A stretch of DNA of 64,000 bases from an uncultured Gemmatimonadales bacterium (GTDB lineage Bacteria > Gemmatimonadota > Gemmatimonadetes > Gemmatimonadales > Gemmatimonadaceae): assembly GCA_963850905.1 (NCBI GenBank), contig CAWKMU010000003.1, positions 2,784,001-2,848,000 on the forward strand, in the 5' to 3' direction. The translations under genes were made by a program, and so were the position numbers. A model generated the notes under the pieces. That model saw nothing but the letters and a program-made list of their open reading frames with translations. It had not been told where the DNA came from and made no database searches. This document shows positions 52,544 to 62,138 of the stretch, piece after piece; within the stretch, counting starts at the first letter, position 1; every line of letters begins with the position of its first letter.

Positions 52544-52906
52544 GTGAGCCATTCAGTCCTCATCTGTGACGATGCCATTTTCATGCGGACCATGGTGGGT
52601 GATATCCTGCAGCAGGCGGGATTCGACATCGTGGGCGAGGCCGAGACGGGTCTGCAGGCGGTCGAGAAGTACAAGCAGCTTCGCCCGGACCTCGTCACTA
52701 TGGACATCGTCATGCCCGACATGGGCGGGATCGATGCCGTCCGGGAGATCACGAAGTTCGATCCCCAAGCCAAGATCCTGATGTGCAGCGCGATGGGACA
52801 GCAGGCGCTCGTCGTCGAGGCCATCCAGGCGGGCGCGCGGGATTTTGTCGTGAAGCCCTTCCAGCCCAGTCGCGTGCTGGAAGCGGTTCAGCGCGTGCTC
52901 GGCTAG
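52544..52906 (+). CDS. cheY: Response regulator CheY
   Basis: ICDDAIFMR, MDIVMP, CSAMGQQ, VKPF (Bacillus/Thermotoga-like CheY). Confidence 0.93.
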   Translation: MSHSVLICDDAIFMRTMVGDILQQAGFDIVGEAETGLQAVEKYKQLRPDLVTMDIVMPDMGGIDAVREITKFDPQAKILMCSAMGQQALVVEAIQAGARDFVVKPFQPSRVLEAVQRVLG

Positions 52907-52960
52907 GGTGACGATGCGTCGTCCCTGGTTGGTCGAGTAGGGGCGACGCATGCGTCGCCC
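52903..52960 (+). repeat. Degenerate plus intact GTAG-type REP between cheY and cheA
   Basis: CTAGGGTGACGATGCGTCGTCCC (contains the cheY stop) then GTAGGGGCGACGCATGCGTCGCCC at 52937. Confidence 0.8.
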
Positions 52961-53003
52961 CCGTTCGGACGACTAGGCGTCCGGGTCGCCCGGCCTCGCA
53001 CGC

Positions 53004-55118
53004 ATGGACGCAGCGCAATACGCCGATCTCTTCCTGACCGAGAGTCGTGAGCACCTCTCGGCCATCAATCTCGCCCTACTCGATATCGAGCGTGGGCTGA
53101 CTGCCAACCCGCCCGCCGGTGACGCGGTCGCGGCGGGCTCCGGGTCCGAAGGCGGTGGAAGCAGCGAGGGCATCGCCGCCGCCGTGGCATCGCTGTTCCG
53201 GGCCGTTCACACCATCAAGGGAATGAGCGCGACGCTGCGCTACGACGCAGTGGCTGCTCTGTCGCACGAGCTCGAAGCCCTTCTCGACCGGCTGCGGCGT
53301 GGAGAGCTCGCGCCCGACGCGAACCTGATGAATATCCTGTTCGCTGCCGCGGATCTGCTCGAAGCATCGATCGAGCGAGCCGTGGCGGGCCAGCCAGATG
53401 ACGCGCGTCTCGAAGAAGTTGTTGGTCGCATTCGACGGGCGGCGGCCGCGCGGCACGAACCAGTGAACGGTCGCGCCGCGCCTGGGCGCAAGACGTCTCG
53501 TGCGAAGCGCGCGCCGCCCGCTCGTCGATCACGAGCGGGCGCCAGAGGTGCCTCGCGAGGAAAGGCCACGAGGCAGCGGGTGCGCCCCGCCGTGCCGCGA
53601 GACGATGCCGCAGGCGGAGCCGAGACGATCGTACGGGTCCACCTGGCCGCCGCAGCGACGTTCCGCGCGGCGCGGGCTGCCGTGGCCGTGCAACGCGCGC
53701 GGGCGCTGGGGGACGTGCTCGGCGTGAGCCCCGTGCTGGAGACCGTGCCAGCGGATGGTCCTGGGCCGGAGGTGATCGAGATCCGTCTGCGCACGCAGGC
53801 GAAGACGGCGGCCATCGTCGGGCAGATCGAGGGGGCAGGGGACGTCGCGCGCGTCGAGGTGCGTCGCGATCGAGTCCGCGGGGGTACGCGACCCGGCCGC
53901 CATTCCGGAGCCGCCCGGCACTCTGCCAACGGCAACGGCGACAGCGGCGCCGATGGCATCGCGCGAACGCGACACGTGCGAATCGATCTGCGACGGTTGG
54001 ACGCGCTCATGGACTTGATCGGCGAGTTGGTCATCGCACGTGGCCGCCTCGTCGAGCTCACGAGCACCGAGGAAGAGTCCGCGCTGAGCGAGGCGGTCGC
54101 CGATGCCAGTCGGTTGATCGGAGACCTGCAGCAGGAGATCATGACCTGCCGGATGGTGCCCGTCTGGCAGGTCTTCGATCGATTCCCTCGCCTGGTACGC
54201 GACACCGCCCAGGTGCTCGGGAAGCAGGTCAGTTTCGAAGTCGAGGGCAAGGACATCGAGCTCGATCGGTCGATGCTCGACGAGATCGGGGATCCGATAG
54301 TCCACCTGCTGCGGAATGCGTTGGATCATGGAATCGAGCTGCCGGACACGCGGGTTGCCGCCGGTAAGCCGCCTCAGGGCCACTTGACGCTGAGCGCTGC
54401 ACGCGACCGATCTGCCGTGCTGATCCGGGTCACGGACGATGGGCGTGGGATCGACCGAAACAAGGTGCTCGTACGTGCGCTCGAGTCTGGGCTCGTGGAC
54501 CCTGGGACGACCGCACTCAGTGACGACGAAGTGATCCGGCTGATCGCGCGCCCGGGCTTCACGACGGCCGAAGAGGTGACAGATGTGTCGGGTCGGGGCG
54601 TCGGCATTGACGCGGTCCAGGCCAGGGTTCGGGCGTTGGGTGGCTCCATCGACATCAAGAGTGCGGCCGGTGAGGGGACCACGGTGACCGCGCGGCTGCC
54701 GCTCACCCTTGCCATCATGCGGGCGCTGCTCGCCCGGGTCGGACGAGAGGCTTATGCCTTTCCCATGGCCCACGTCGACGAAACGGTTGGTACGGAAGGG
54801 GCAAACTATGCGGCCGTGCGCGGTCGCCCAGTGATCGTGATCCGAGGGGAGGCAATCCCCTTCGTGAGGTTGCGTGATCTGGTCGGACTCGAGCCGGCCT
54901 CGAGCCCGGTGCCGACCCCCGATCCCGAGCAGCATGTCATTGTCGTCGAGTCGGGTGGCCATCGGGCCGCAGTCGCGGTCGACGAGCTGATGGGGCAGGC
55001 CGACATCGTCGTGAAGCAGTACGACCATGTGCGCGGCGGTGCGGCGTTGTTCAGCGGAGCCACAGTCCTCGGGGACGGAGCACCCGCCTTGATCGTCAAT
55101 GTGAGCAGCCTTTTCTAG
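53004..55118 (+). CDS. cheA: Chemotaxis histidine kinase CheA
   Basis: Hpt FRAVHTIKG, HLLRNALDHG, DDGRG, SGRGVG, C-terminal CheW domain. Confidence 0.95.
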   Translation: MDAAQYADLFLTESREHLSAINLALLDIERGLTANPPAGDAVAAGSGSEGGGSSEGIAAAVASLFRAVHTIKGMSATLRYDAVAALSHELEALLDRLRRGELAPDANLMNILFAAADLLEASIERAVAGQPDDARLEEVVGRIRRAAAARHEPVNGRAAPGRKTSRAKRAPPARRSRAGARGASRGKATRQRVRPAVPRDDAAGGAETIVRVHLAAAATFRAARAAVAVQRARALGDVLGVSPVLETVPADGPGPEVIEIRLRTQAKTAAIVGQIEGAGDVARVEVRRDRVRGGTRPGRHSGAARHSANGNGDSGADGIARTRHVRIDLRRLDALMDLIGELVIARGRLVELTSTEEESALSEAVADASRLIGDLQQEIMTCRMVPVWQVFDRFPRLVRDTAQVLGKQVSFEVEGKDIELDRSMLDEIGDPIVHLLRNALDHGIELPDTRVAAGKPPQGHLTLSAARDRSAVLIRVTDDGRGIDRNKVLVRALESGLVDPGTTALSDDEVIRLIARPGFTTAEEVTDVSGRGVGIDAVQARVRALGGSIDIKSAAGEGTTVTARLPLTLAIMRALLARVGREAYAFPMAHVDETVGTEGANYAAVRGRPVIVIRGEAIPFVRLRDLVGLEPASSPVPTPDPEQHVIVVESGGHRAAVAVDELMGQADIVVKQYDHVRGGAALFSGATVLGDGAPALIVNVSSLF

Positions 55119-55142
55119 GCCGACCCGCGGGAGCCGCTACGC

Positions 55143-55763
55143 ATGGATGACATTCGATCGCTGAAGGCGCACCAACTCGATGCCCTCCGGGAAGTTGCTA
55201 ACATCGGCGCGGGTCACGCGGCGACCGCCCTGTCGCAGATGACCGGCGGCACGATCATGATCAGCGTGCCGACGATCAACATCGCGCGCCTCGAGGACGT
55301 GCCGCCCCAGATCTCGGGCCCCGAAGAGCCGGTCGCGGCCGTGCTGATGAACATGCTCGGTGACCTGACCGGACGGACGTTGCTGGTATTCCCGCACCCG
55401 ACCGCGGTGCGACTGTCGGAGATCATGCTGAGCCGGCCGCGCGGGGGAGATTTCGAGCTGGGCGAGATCGAGCAGTCGGCGATCAAAGAGGCGGGCAACA
55501 TCCTGAGCGGCGCCTACCTCAACGCGCTCAGTGAGTTCATGGGCCTGATGCTCCTCCCGTCACCCCCGAGTCTCGCCGTGGATATGTCGAGCGCGGTGTT
55601 GACGACGGCGTACCTGCAGTTTGGGACGGATCGCGACTACGTGTTTTGCGTCGAGACGGAGTTCTTCATGCAGGAGCTGAAGGAGCGCTTGCGCGGCTTC
55701 TTCCTGCTGCTGCCTGACGTCGCCTCGCTCCACGCGATCCTGCGCGCCGTCCGCGTCGCCTGA
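55143..55763 (+). CDS. cheC: CheY-P phosphatase CheC
   Basis: DALREVANIGAGHAATALS and SAIKEAGNIL (two ExxN motifs). Confidence 0.93.
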   Translation: MDDIRSLKAHQLDALREVANIGAGHAATALSQMTGGTIMISVPTINIARLEDVPPQISGPEEPVAAVLMNMLGDLTGRTLLVFPHPTAVRLSEIMLSRPRGGDFELGEIEQSAIKEAGNILSGAYLNALSEFMGLMLLPSPPSLAVDMSSAVLTTAYLQFGTDRDYVFCVETEFFMQELKERLRGFFLLLPDVASLHAILRAVRVA

Positions 55764-55784
55764 CGCGAGCGCGGGGGCGGTGGC

Positions 55785-58556
55785 GTGACCGCAACGCGTC
55801 CGAACAACCTGCTCTCTGAACGGGACCGCGAGGTCCTGCGGTCGTTCGCACGGCGCATCGATCCCTCGGACGCCGGCGCGCACAACAACCTCGGAGTCCT
55901 CTACTACCACAAGGGTCTGTACGAGGAGGCCGTCGCCGCGTTCACGCGAGCGCTCGAGCTGGACTCCAAGATGCGCGTGGCGCAGCGCAATCTGGAGATC
56001 GCGTACTTCAGCACCGGCTACTACGATCGTCGCGTCGCGACGCTGCGCGACCGTCTGCGTGCCGCGCCGGAGGACCGGGACGCCCGGTGGGAGTTGGGCC
56101 GCGCGTACAGCCTCCTTGGCCGGTTCGCCGAATCCACCGCTGAATTCGTCGAGCTACTCAAGCACCATCCCAACGATCTCGGCGCCCTCGTCCAGTTGGG
56201 CCTGGCCGAAAAATCGTCGGGTGACCTCGAGCAAGCCCAGACCTGGTTCGAGCGGGCACTCGCGTTGGATCCCGAAAGTCCCGTCATTCTCTTTTACATC
56301 GGCGAGGTCCTGTACAATCGTGGGTTGAACGACGAGGCGTTGGTCGCACTCGAACGCGCCATTGCGGCGCATCCTGACAACCCCGATGCGCACTACCTGA
56401 TGGGCTTCGTGCTGGGCGACATGGGTCGTCACGAGGACGCTCGTCAGGCAACCAAGCGCGCCGTGCAGCTCAACCCGGCGTTGTCGAGAGCGCAGACCAA
56501 TCTGTCGCTCGACGAGTCGGCCCTCGCCAAACCGGCACCCGCGTCCGAAGCGACGAATCGGCTGGCAGAAGCCGCGATGACCGTGGCCGACGAGGGCGCG
56601 CTCGCGCATTTCAACCTCGGACTCGCCTTTCGGCAAAAGGGCTATTACGCCGAAGCGTTGCATGAATACGAGCTCGCGCTCACACGCGGGGAGGAGCGGG
56701 GCCTCGTCCAACAGGCAATCGCCGAAGTGCACCTGCTCCGACGGGATGTCACCGGCGCCGTGGCGGGGTACGACCTGCTCCTCGTCGACCATCCGACGAG
56801 TCCGAAACTGTGGAACGAGCGCGGTGTGGCCCTCCACCAGGATGGCCGCTACGAAGAGGCCGCACACAGCTACCGGCGCGCCATCGACTGCGACGCGCAC
56901 TACGCGATCGCCCACAACAATCTCGGTGTGGCGCGCTATCACGCGGGTGAGCCGGATGCCGCGGCGGAATCATTCGGCGCTGCCTTGCAACTGGTGCCCG
57001 GGTTCGCGCACGCGCGGTTGAACCTCGCACTCCTGCACTTCAAGGCAAAAAGGCTCCCGGCGAGCTTGGAGTCGTACCGCCGGGTGCTGGCCGACGAGCC
57101 CGAAAATGCCGCGGGATGGAATGGAGTCGGGCTGGTCCTGACGGAGCTGCGTCGGTTCGACGAGGCGCGCAATGCTTTTGCGCGTGCGGTACAGAGCAAA
57201 CCCGGGTACGCGGAGGCCCGCTACAACCTGAGTTTTGCGCTGTCGAACCTCGGCGAGTTCGATGCGGCCCTTCGCGAGACGAAACGCGCGATTGAGCTCG
57301 ATCCCTACTACGTGCCGCAAAAATTCGAGCTGGCGATCGACTTCCAGTATGAGCATCCCGAGCTCTCGATCGTGCCGGATCTGGGGGGCGCCGCCCGCGC
57401 CGACGAGCATGCCATCGCCGATTTCGCGTTCGATCCGTCGCTCCTCGACTCGCTCTTCACCACGCTGACCCCGGCGGCTGGCGTCGAAGCGGTGCAGCCC
57501 CTCGGTCCCGACCCGTACGGCATTGCGCTCGACTACCTGTCGAAAGGGATGTACGAGCGGGCGACAGCCGAGGTCAGTCGCGCGCTGCTCCGCGGAGCCG
57601 ATCGCGCGAGCGGCATGACGATCCTCGGGGACTTGTTCCAGCGCCAGGGCCTCCATGGCGAGGCGTTGGATCGATACCGCGACGCGCGGCGGACGAATCC
57701 GGGTGCCGCTCGAGCGCTGGCCGGCGAAATTCGCGCGCTCGTCGCGCTCGGACGTGGCGCGGACGCTCGATCCGCCGCCGATGAGCTCCTGCACGTGGCC
57801 CCGAACGATACCGATGCACTGCTGGCCGTCGCGGCCGCACGGGCGAGTGGCGGAGATCCCACCGGCGCCCTCGCGTTGCTCGAGACCGCGAAGGGCCTCG
57901 CCCCAGAGCGGGCCGACGTGCTGCACGCTGTCGGTGATGTGAGCCGGGACGCCGGCGACACGGGGAACGCCGTCGCCGCTTATCGTGCCGCACTGGTCCT
58001 CGACCCCGAACGCGCGGTCATCCGTTACGAGTTGGCACGGCTGCTCGCCGCGACCGCCAACGTGGCTGAGGCGGAAGCAGAGCTCCTCGCGGCACTGGAA
58101 CAGGTCCCCACGTACGCACATGCCACGCTGGCACTGGCCGATCTGTGGCGCACCTCCGGTCGCACCGCCGAGGCGATCGACCTGCTGGTCGGGCTGCTCG
58201 AGCGCGACCGGTCGCACGTCGATGGGCTGTTGGTCTTGGGAGAACTGCTGTTCGATGCCGGGCGCCGGCGCGACGCCGCCCGCGTGTTTGCCAGGCTCCT
58301 CGTGGTCGATCCAGCGCATCCCGGCGCGCTGTATTACGGCGGCGCGCTCCTCGCGGATCAGCACCGCTATCGAGAGGCGATTGAGCGCTGGGATGCCGTG
58401 ATCGCCACGCAGCCGGACGGGCTGTTTGGCCAACGCGCGCGCCGGGATCGACGAACCGCGAGAGACCTCGCACACATCTTCGTGCGCCGCCAAGAGACGC
58501 AGGGCGGTGGGCTGGGCGCGGTGCAGGCGGAACTCGCGTTCGGGAGGGCCAGCTAG
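55785..58556 (+). CDS. Large cytoplasmic TPR-repeat protein (923 aa)
   Basis: Many AHNNLG/AHFNLG/ARYNL-type TPR units; no signal peptide. Confidence 0.9.
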   Translation: MTATRPNNLLSERDREVLRSFARRIDPSDAGAHNNLGVLYYHKGLYEEAVAAFTRALELDSKMRVAQRNLEIAYFSTGYYDRRVATLRDRLRAAPEDRDARWELGRAYSLLGRFAESTAEFVELLKHHPNDLGALVQLGLAEKSSGDLEQAQTWFERALALDPESPVILFYIGEVLYNRGLNDEALVALERAIAAHPDNPDAHYLMGFVLGDMGRHEDARQATKRAVQLNPALSRAQTNLSLDESALAKPAPASEATNRLAEAAMTVADEGALAHFNLGLAFRQKGYYAEALHEYELALTRGEERGLVQQAIAEVHLLRRDVTGAVAGYDLLLVDHPTSPKLWNERGVALHQDGRYEEAAHSYRRAIDCDAHYAIAHNNLGVARYHAGEPDAAAESFGAALQLVPGFAHARLNLALLHFKAKRLPASLESYRRVLADEPENAAGWNGVGLVLTELRRFDEARNAFARAVQSKPGYAEARYNLSFALSNLGEFDAALRETKRAIELDPYYVPQKFELAIDFQYEHPELSIVPDLGGAARADEHAIADFAFDPSLLDSLFTTLTPAAGVEAVQPLGPDPYGIALDYLSKGMYERATAEVSRALLRGADRASGMTILGDLFQRQGLHGEALDRYRDARRTNPGAARALAGEIRALVALGRGADARSAADELLHVAPNDTDALLAVAAARASGGDPTGALALLETAKGLAPERADVLHAVGDVSRDAGDTGNAVAAYRAALVLDPERAVIRYELARLLAATANVAEAEAELLAALEQVPTYAHATLALADLWRTSGRTAEAIDLLVGLLERDRSHVDGLLVLGELLFDAGRRRDAARVFARLLVVDPAHPGALYYGGALLADQHRYREAIERWDAVIATQPDGLFGQRARRDRRTARDLAHIFVRRQETQGGGLGAVQAELAFGRAS

Positions 58557-59710
58557 TGCCGATTGAAGGCGCCCTTCGCGAGCTGAGTATCCATGATGTG
58601 TTCCAGCTGCTGGACCTGAGCCGGAAGACGGGTGCGCTGCGGGTGACGTCGGAGCTGCGTGACAACGAGGGCATCGTGCTCTTCGATCGCGGGCGGATCG
58701 TCTCGGCGACGGTGCGCAGCAGCCCGCACCCGCTCGGCTCCATGCTCGTGCGGGCAGGCCGGATCAGTGAAGCAGAGCTCGCGCACGCGCACCAGCTGCA
58801 AGCGGAGGGCGACCCCCGGCGCCTCGGCGAGATCCTCTTGGCGATGGGCGCGATCGGCGCCCGAGAGCTGGAGCGCCAGGTGCGGCTTCAGATGGAGACC
58901 GTCGTCTTCGAGCTCATGTCGTGGCGGGACGGGTTCTTCTCCTTCGAGGAACGCGACGTCAGCGACGCCGTGGTGGAAGCCCCCGTCCATGTCTCGACGG
59001 AATCGCTCCTGATGGAAGGAGCTCGGCGCATTGACGAGTGGTCGCGCATGGCCGACCGCATCCCGACGCTCGATGTGGTGCCCGTCCTCGCCGCCGTACA
59101 GGAGGACCACGCCACGTTACTGGACTTGCTCCCCAGCGAATGGGAAGTGCTGGCGGCGATCGATGGGACGAGCGACCTCCGGGGAATCGCGGGCTCGCTC
59201 GGACGCAGCGAATTCAATGTGGCGAGAGTCGTCTACGGCTTGCTGTCGACCGGCGTGGTTGCGCTCGATCCTCGCGCCATGAACGGGCGGACCCCGACCG
59301 GCGTGCCGCTCGCGGCCGACCCGGAGTCCACGCTGGCAGCTGCGCGTCACGCACTGGCCGCAGGCGTTCCGGAGGAGGCGCTCCATGGCGCTCGTCAGAT
59401 CATTGGTCTCGATCCTTCCCGGGTCGAGGCCCGCCTTCTGGCGGCCCGTGCGCTGCGGCGACTCAGACGATTCGGGGATGCAGCGGAGGAGATCCGACGC
59501 GCGTTGGAGTTGGCTCCCGACCATCCTGGCCTGTGTCTCGAGCAAGGCTTCGCTGCATTGAGCCGCGGTGACTTCCACGGTGCCGCGACAAGCTGGGAGC
59601 GCTACCTCCGGCTCACGCCGGCCAGTGCGCCTGACGCGGACGGGGTGCGCGAGGCGGTGGCATCGGCATCCTACCTGCGCGGCTTCCTGGAGGCATATAC
59701 CGGTGGCTGA
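58556..59710 (+). CDS. DUF4388 (PATAN-like) domain protein with C-terminal TPR
   Basis: IEGALRELSIHDVFQLL..SRKTG.L, W.DG.F.F, LLMEGARRIDEW, then a wHTH-like region and TPR. Confidence 0.88.
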   Translation: MPIEGALRELSIHDVFQLLDLSRKTGALRVTSELRDNEGIVLFDRGRIVSATVRSSPHPLGSMLVRAGRISEAELAHAHQLQAEGDPRRLGEILLAMGAIGARELERQVRLQMETVVFELMSWRDGFFSFEERDVSDAVVEAPVHVSTESLLMEGARRIDEWSRMADRIPTLDVVPVLAAVQEDHATLLDLLPSEWEVLAAIDGTSDLRGIAGSLGRSEFNVARVVYGLLSTGVVALDPRAMNGRTPTGVPLAADPESTLAAARHALAAGVPEEALHGARQIIGLDPSRVEARLLAARALRRLRRFGDAAEEIRRALELAPDHPGLCLEQGFAALSRGDFHGAATSWERYLRLTPASAPDADGVREAVASASYLRGFLEAYTGG

Positions 59711-60662
59711 CGACATCGAGCGTTGGAGCGAGGAGCTCGCCCGAGACCCGGGCAGCGGTGTGTTCATTCCTCTCGCGGATGCGCTGCGCCGTCGCGGGCA
59801 ACTCGATCTGGCCTTTCGCGTCGCGACCCGCGGATTGGCGCGACGGCCCTATGACGGAGATGCACACGACCTGCTCGCTCGCATCTGGGCGGATCGCGGC
59901 GATGGCGAACGCGCCATGGATGAGTGGGGCATCGCCCTGCAGTGTGCGCCGGCCCATGCCGGTGCGCTCAAGGGCATGGGCTTCGCGTGCTATCAAGCGG
60001 GTCGACTGGCCGATGCTGAGCGCTATCTCGTGGAGGCAGCCGCGATCGACCCCGACGACGTCAGCATTCGCACGGCACTCGCTCGCGTCCGTCACCTAGC
60101 ACCGCGGGTACAGCCGGCGGGAGCGGAGGGCGAGGTTCGCCGCAATGGCGCGGATCATCCTGTCCCGATCGCGTCGACCGAAGTCGCGCCCATGGCGCGG
60201 ATTGAGAAAGCAGCCAGCACGCTGGAGCGTCGCGCGCCCGGCCGCCGCATCGATCCCCGACTCGTTTTCGCGGAACAGCTCGATCCGGCTGATCAAGCGG
60301 CACTCCTGGTCGACGCGGACGGTCTCGTGCTGGCGGGGAGCTACGTCGTGGCCGATGGTCGGGATGTCGCGCAGGAGGTAGGTGCGGCGTTGAGCGGCGT
60401 GAGCGATGAGGCGCGGCGCGCGATGCGCCACCTCGGGCTCGGAGCGTGGAGCTCCCTGGTCTTCGAGGCGGAGGCCGCGACGGTCGGCATGGCCCCGGTC
60501 GCGGTTGGCGCCGCCGAGGCATCCGGTGATGCAACGGACGGTGTGGCATTCGTGGCGGCGGGCCCGTCGGTACCGCTTGGGCTGGTACGCCGGCTGTTGG
60601 CGCGCGTCGGTACGTGCGCCCAGGAATGGCTCAGACACGACGGCGCGGGAGCGGATCGATGA
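59703..60662 (+). CDS. TPR plus Roadblock/LC7 fusion protein
   Basis: N-terminal DPGS.VF..LADALRRRG TPR; C-terminal ALLVDADGLVL..LG.W..L..E Roadblock-like. Confidence 0.8.
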   Translation: MADDIERWSEELARDPGSGVFIPLADALRRRGQLDLAFRVATRGLARRPYDGDAHDLLARIWADRGDGERAMDEWGIALQCAPAHAGALKGMGFACYQAGRLADAERYLVEAAAIDPDDVSIRTALARVRHLAPRVQPAGAEGEVRRNGADHPVPIASTEVAPMARIEKAASTLERRAPGRRIDPRLVFAEQLDPADQAALLVDADGLVLAGSYVVADGRDVAQEVGAALSGVSDEARRAMRHLGLGAWSSLVFEAEAATVGMAPVAVGAAEASGDATDGVAFVAAGPSVPLGLVRRLLARVGTCAQEWLRHDGAGADR

Positions 60663-61006
60663 GCTCTCCCTTCATCGATCTGCTGCTCGGGCTTGCGAGG
60701 CATCGGGGCGTGCAGGGCGGCCTAATCGTCAGCGAACGCGATGGAATTGTGGTGGACGCCCACGTCCAGATTGGCGTGCGCACGAGCGTCGTCGCGGCGC
60801 TGGCGGCGTCGATCTATCGCAGGGCACGACAGTCCGCTGGCGCCGCGGGGCTCGGCGCGGTGACGTACCTCGAGCTCGTCGCGGCGAGTGGGAGACTCTG
60901 TATGGCCGGGCGCGACGATCTGGTGATCGTCGTGATCACCGACGCTCGGGCAACGGCCGGTCTCCTGCGGACGGCTGTCCTTCGCGCCTGCGAGACGCTG
61001 GCGTGA
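60659..61006 (+). CDS. Roadblock/LC7 (MglB/MglC-like) protein
   Basis: GVQGGLIVSERDGIVV..VAALAAS..GLG..LE. Confidence 0.82.
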   Translation: MSSPFIDLLLGLARHRGVQGGLIVSERDGIVVDAHVQIGVRTSVVAALAASIYRRARQSAGAAGLGAVTYLELVAASGRLCMAGRDDLVIVVITDARATAGLLRTAVLRACETLA

Positions 61007-61473
61007 CGACGGCCGTCGTCGAGAAGTGGATTGAAGGCCCGCTGCGGCAATTCGTCGAGGATGCGCATGTGTTGCTCGCCCTCATCCTGACGCCAAGTGG
61101 CCAGGTCCTGGCGCAACACGGGTTCTCCCGGGCCGTCGACGTCATGTCGGCCTGCGCGCTCGCCGCGGCGATTCATGCGTCGGGCGGCGAGCTGGGTCGT
61201 CAATTACAGGGGCGGCCGTTTGGCGGGTTGCACCATTCCGGTACGGCGCGGCAGTTGTTCCTCGCGGCAGCCGAGACGCGGCGGGGTCTCTTGCTGTGCC
61301 TCACGGTGTTTGACGAGGCGACGTCGTTTGGCCTCGTGCAGCTGTACTTCGATGAGTTGCGGATGCACCTGGCTGACGCCGCGCCCGTATCAGAGACGCT
61401 GCCACCCGCCGTCCTGGCCGAGACCTTCGAGCAGGATCTCGACCGCAATCTCGCTCTCCTCTTTCGCCGATAA
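61003..61473 (+). CDS. mglB: MglB-like Roadblock protein (probable GAP)
   Basis: L..SGQVLAQHG, A.ALAAA, F..L.H.G, VFD..TSFGLV, C-terminal helix DLD.NL..LF; immediately upstream of mglA. Confidence 0.78.
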   Translation: MTTAVVEKWIEGPLRQFVEDAHVLLALILTPSGQVLAQHGFSRAVDVMSACALAAAIHASGGELGRQLQGRPFGGLHHSGTARQLFLAAAETRRGLLLCLTVFDEATSFGLVQLYFDELRMHLADAAPVSETLPPAVLAETFEQDLDRNLALLFRR

Positions 61474-61477
61474 GCCC

Positions 61478-62125
61478 GTGCCGCTCGTCAACTACGCCAC
61501 GCGCGAGATCACGTGCAAGATCGTCTACTACGGCCCGGGGCGGTCGGGGAAGACGACCAACTTGCACTACATCTACGGCCAGGTTCCGACCGATCGCAAA
61601 GGGCGCATGGTATCGCTCGCGACCCAGACGGACCGCACGTTGTTCTTCGATTTTCTCCCCCTCGATCTCGGCACGATCTCTGGTTTCACGACCAAGATCC
61701 AACTCTATACTGTCCCGGGCCAGGTGTACTACCAGACGACACGCAAGCTCGTGCTCCAGGGCGCGGACGGCGTGGTGTTCGTGGCGGACAGTCAGGCGCG
61801 CCAGCTCGAGGAGAACATCGAAAGCCTGCAGGACTTGCACGCGAACCTGGCGGAGCACGGCATGGACGCGCGGGTCGTGCCGCTGGTGCTGCAGTACAAC
61901 AAGCAGAATCTCCCCGCTGACCTCATCCTCGACGTCGCGGCACTCGACGATGCGCTCAACTTTCGGAACGTGCCGTCGTTCCCGGCCGATGCGCTGCACG
62001 GACCGGGCGTATTCGAGACGCTGCGCGGCATTTCCGAGCTCGTCCTGAAACGATTGAGTGGTCCGGGCCGGCCCGTCGGAGCCGGTAGAAGCTCGTCACC
62101 GGCGGCCGCCGGCACGCGGCGCTAG
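61478..62125 (+). CDS. mglA: MglA-family small Ras-like GTPase
   Basis: KIVYYGPGRSGKTTNL, TDRTLFFDF, YTVPGQ, GADGVVFVADS; G4 reads NKQN. Confidence 0.95.
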   Translation: MPLVNYATREITCKIVYYGPGRSGKTTNLHYIYGQVPTDRKGRMVSLATQTDRTLFFDFLPLDLGTISGFTTKIQLYTVPGQVYYQTTRKLVLQGADGVVFVADSQARQLEENIESLQDLHANLAEHGMDARVVPLVLQYNKQNLPADLILDVAALDDALNFRNVPSFPADALHGPGVFETLRGISELVLKRLSGPGRPVGAGRSSSPAAAGTRR

Positions 62126-62138
62126 CGGAGGGACGTCG

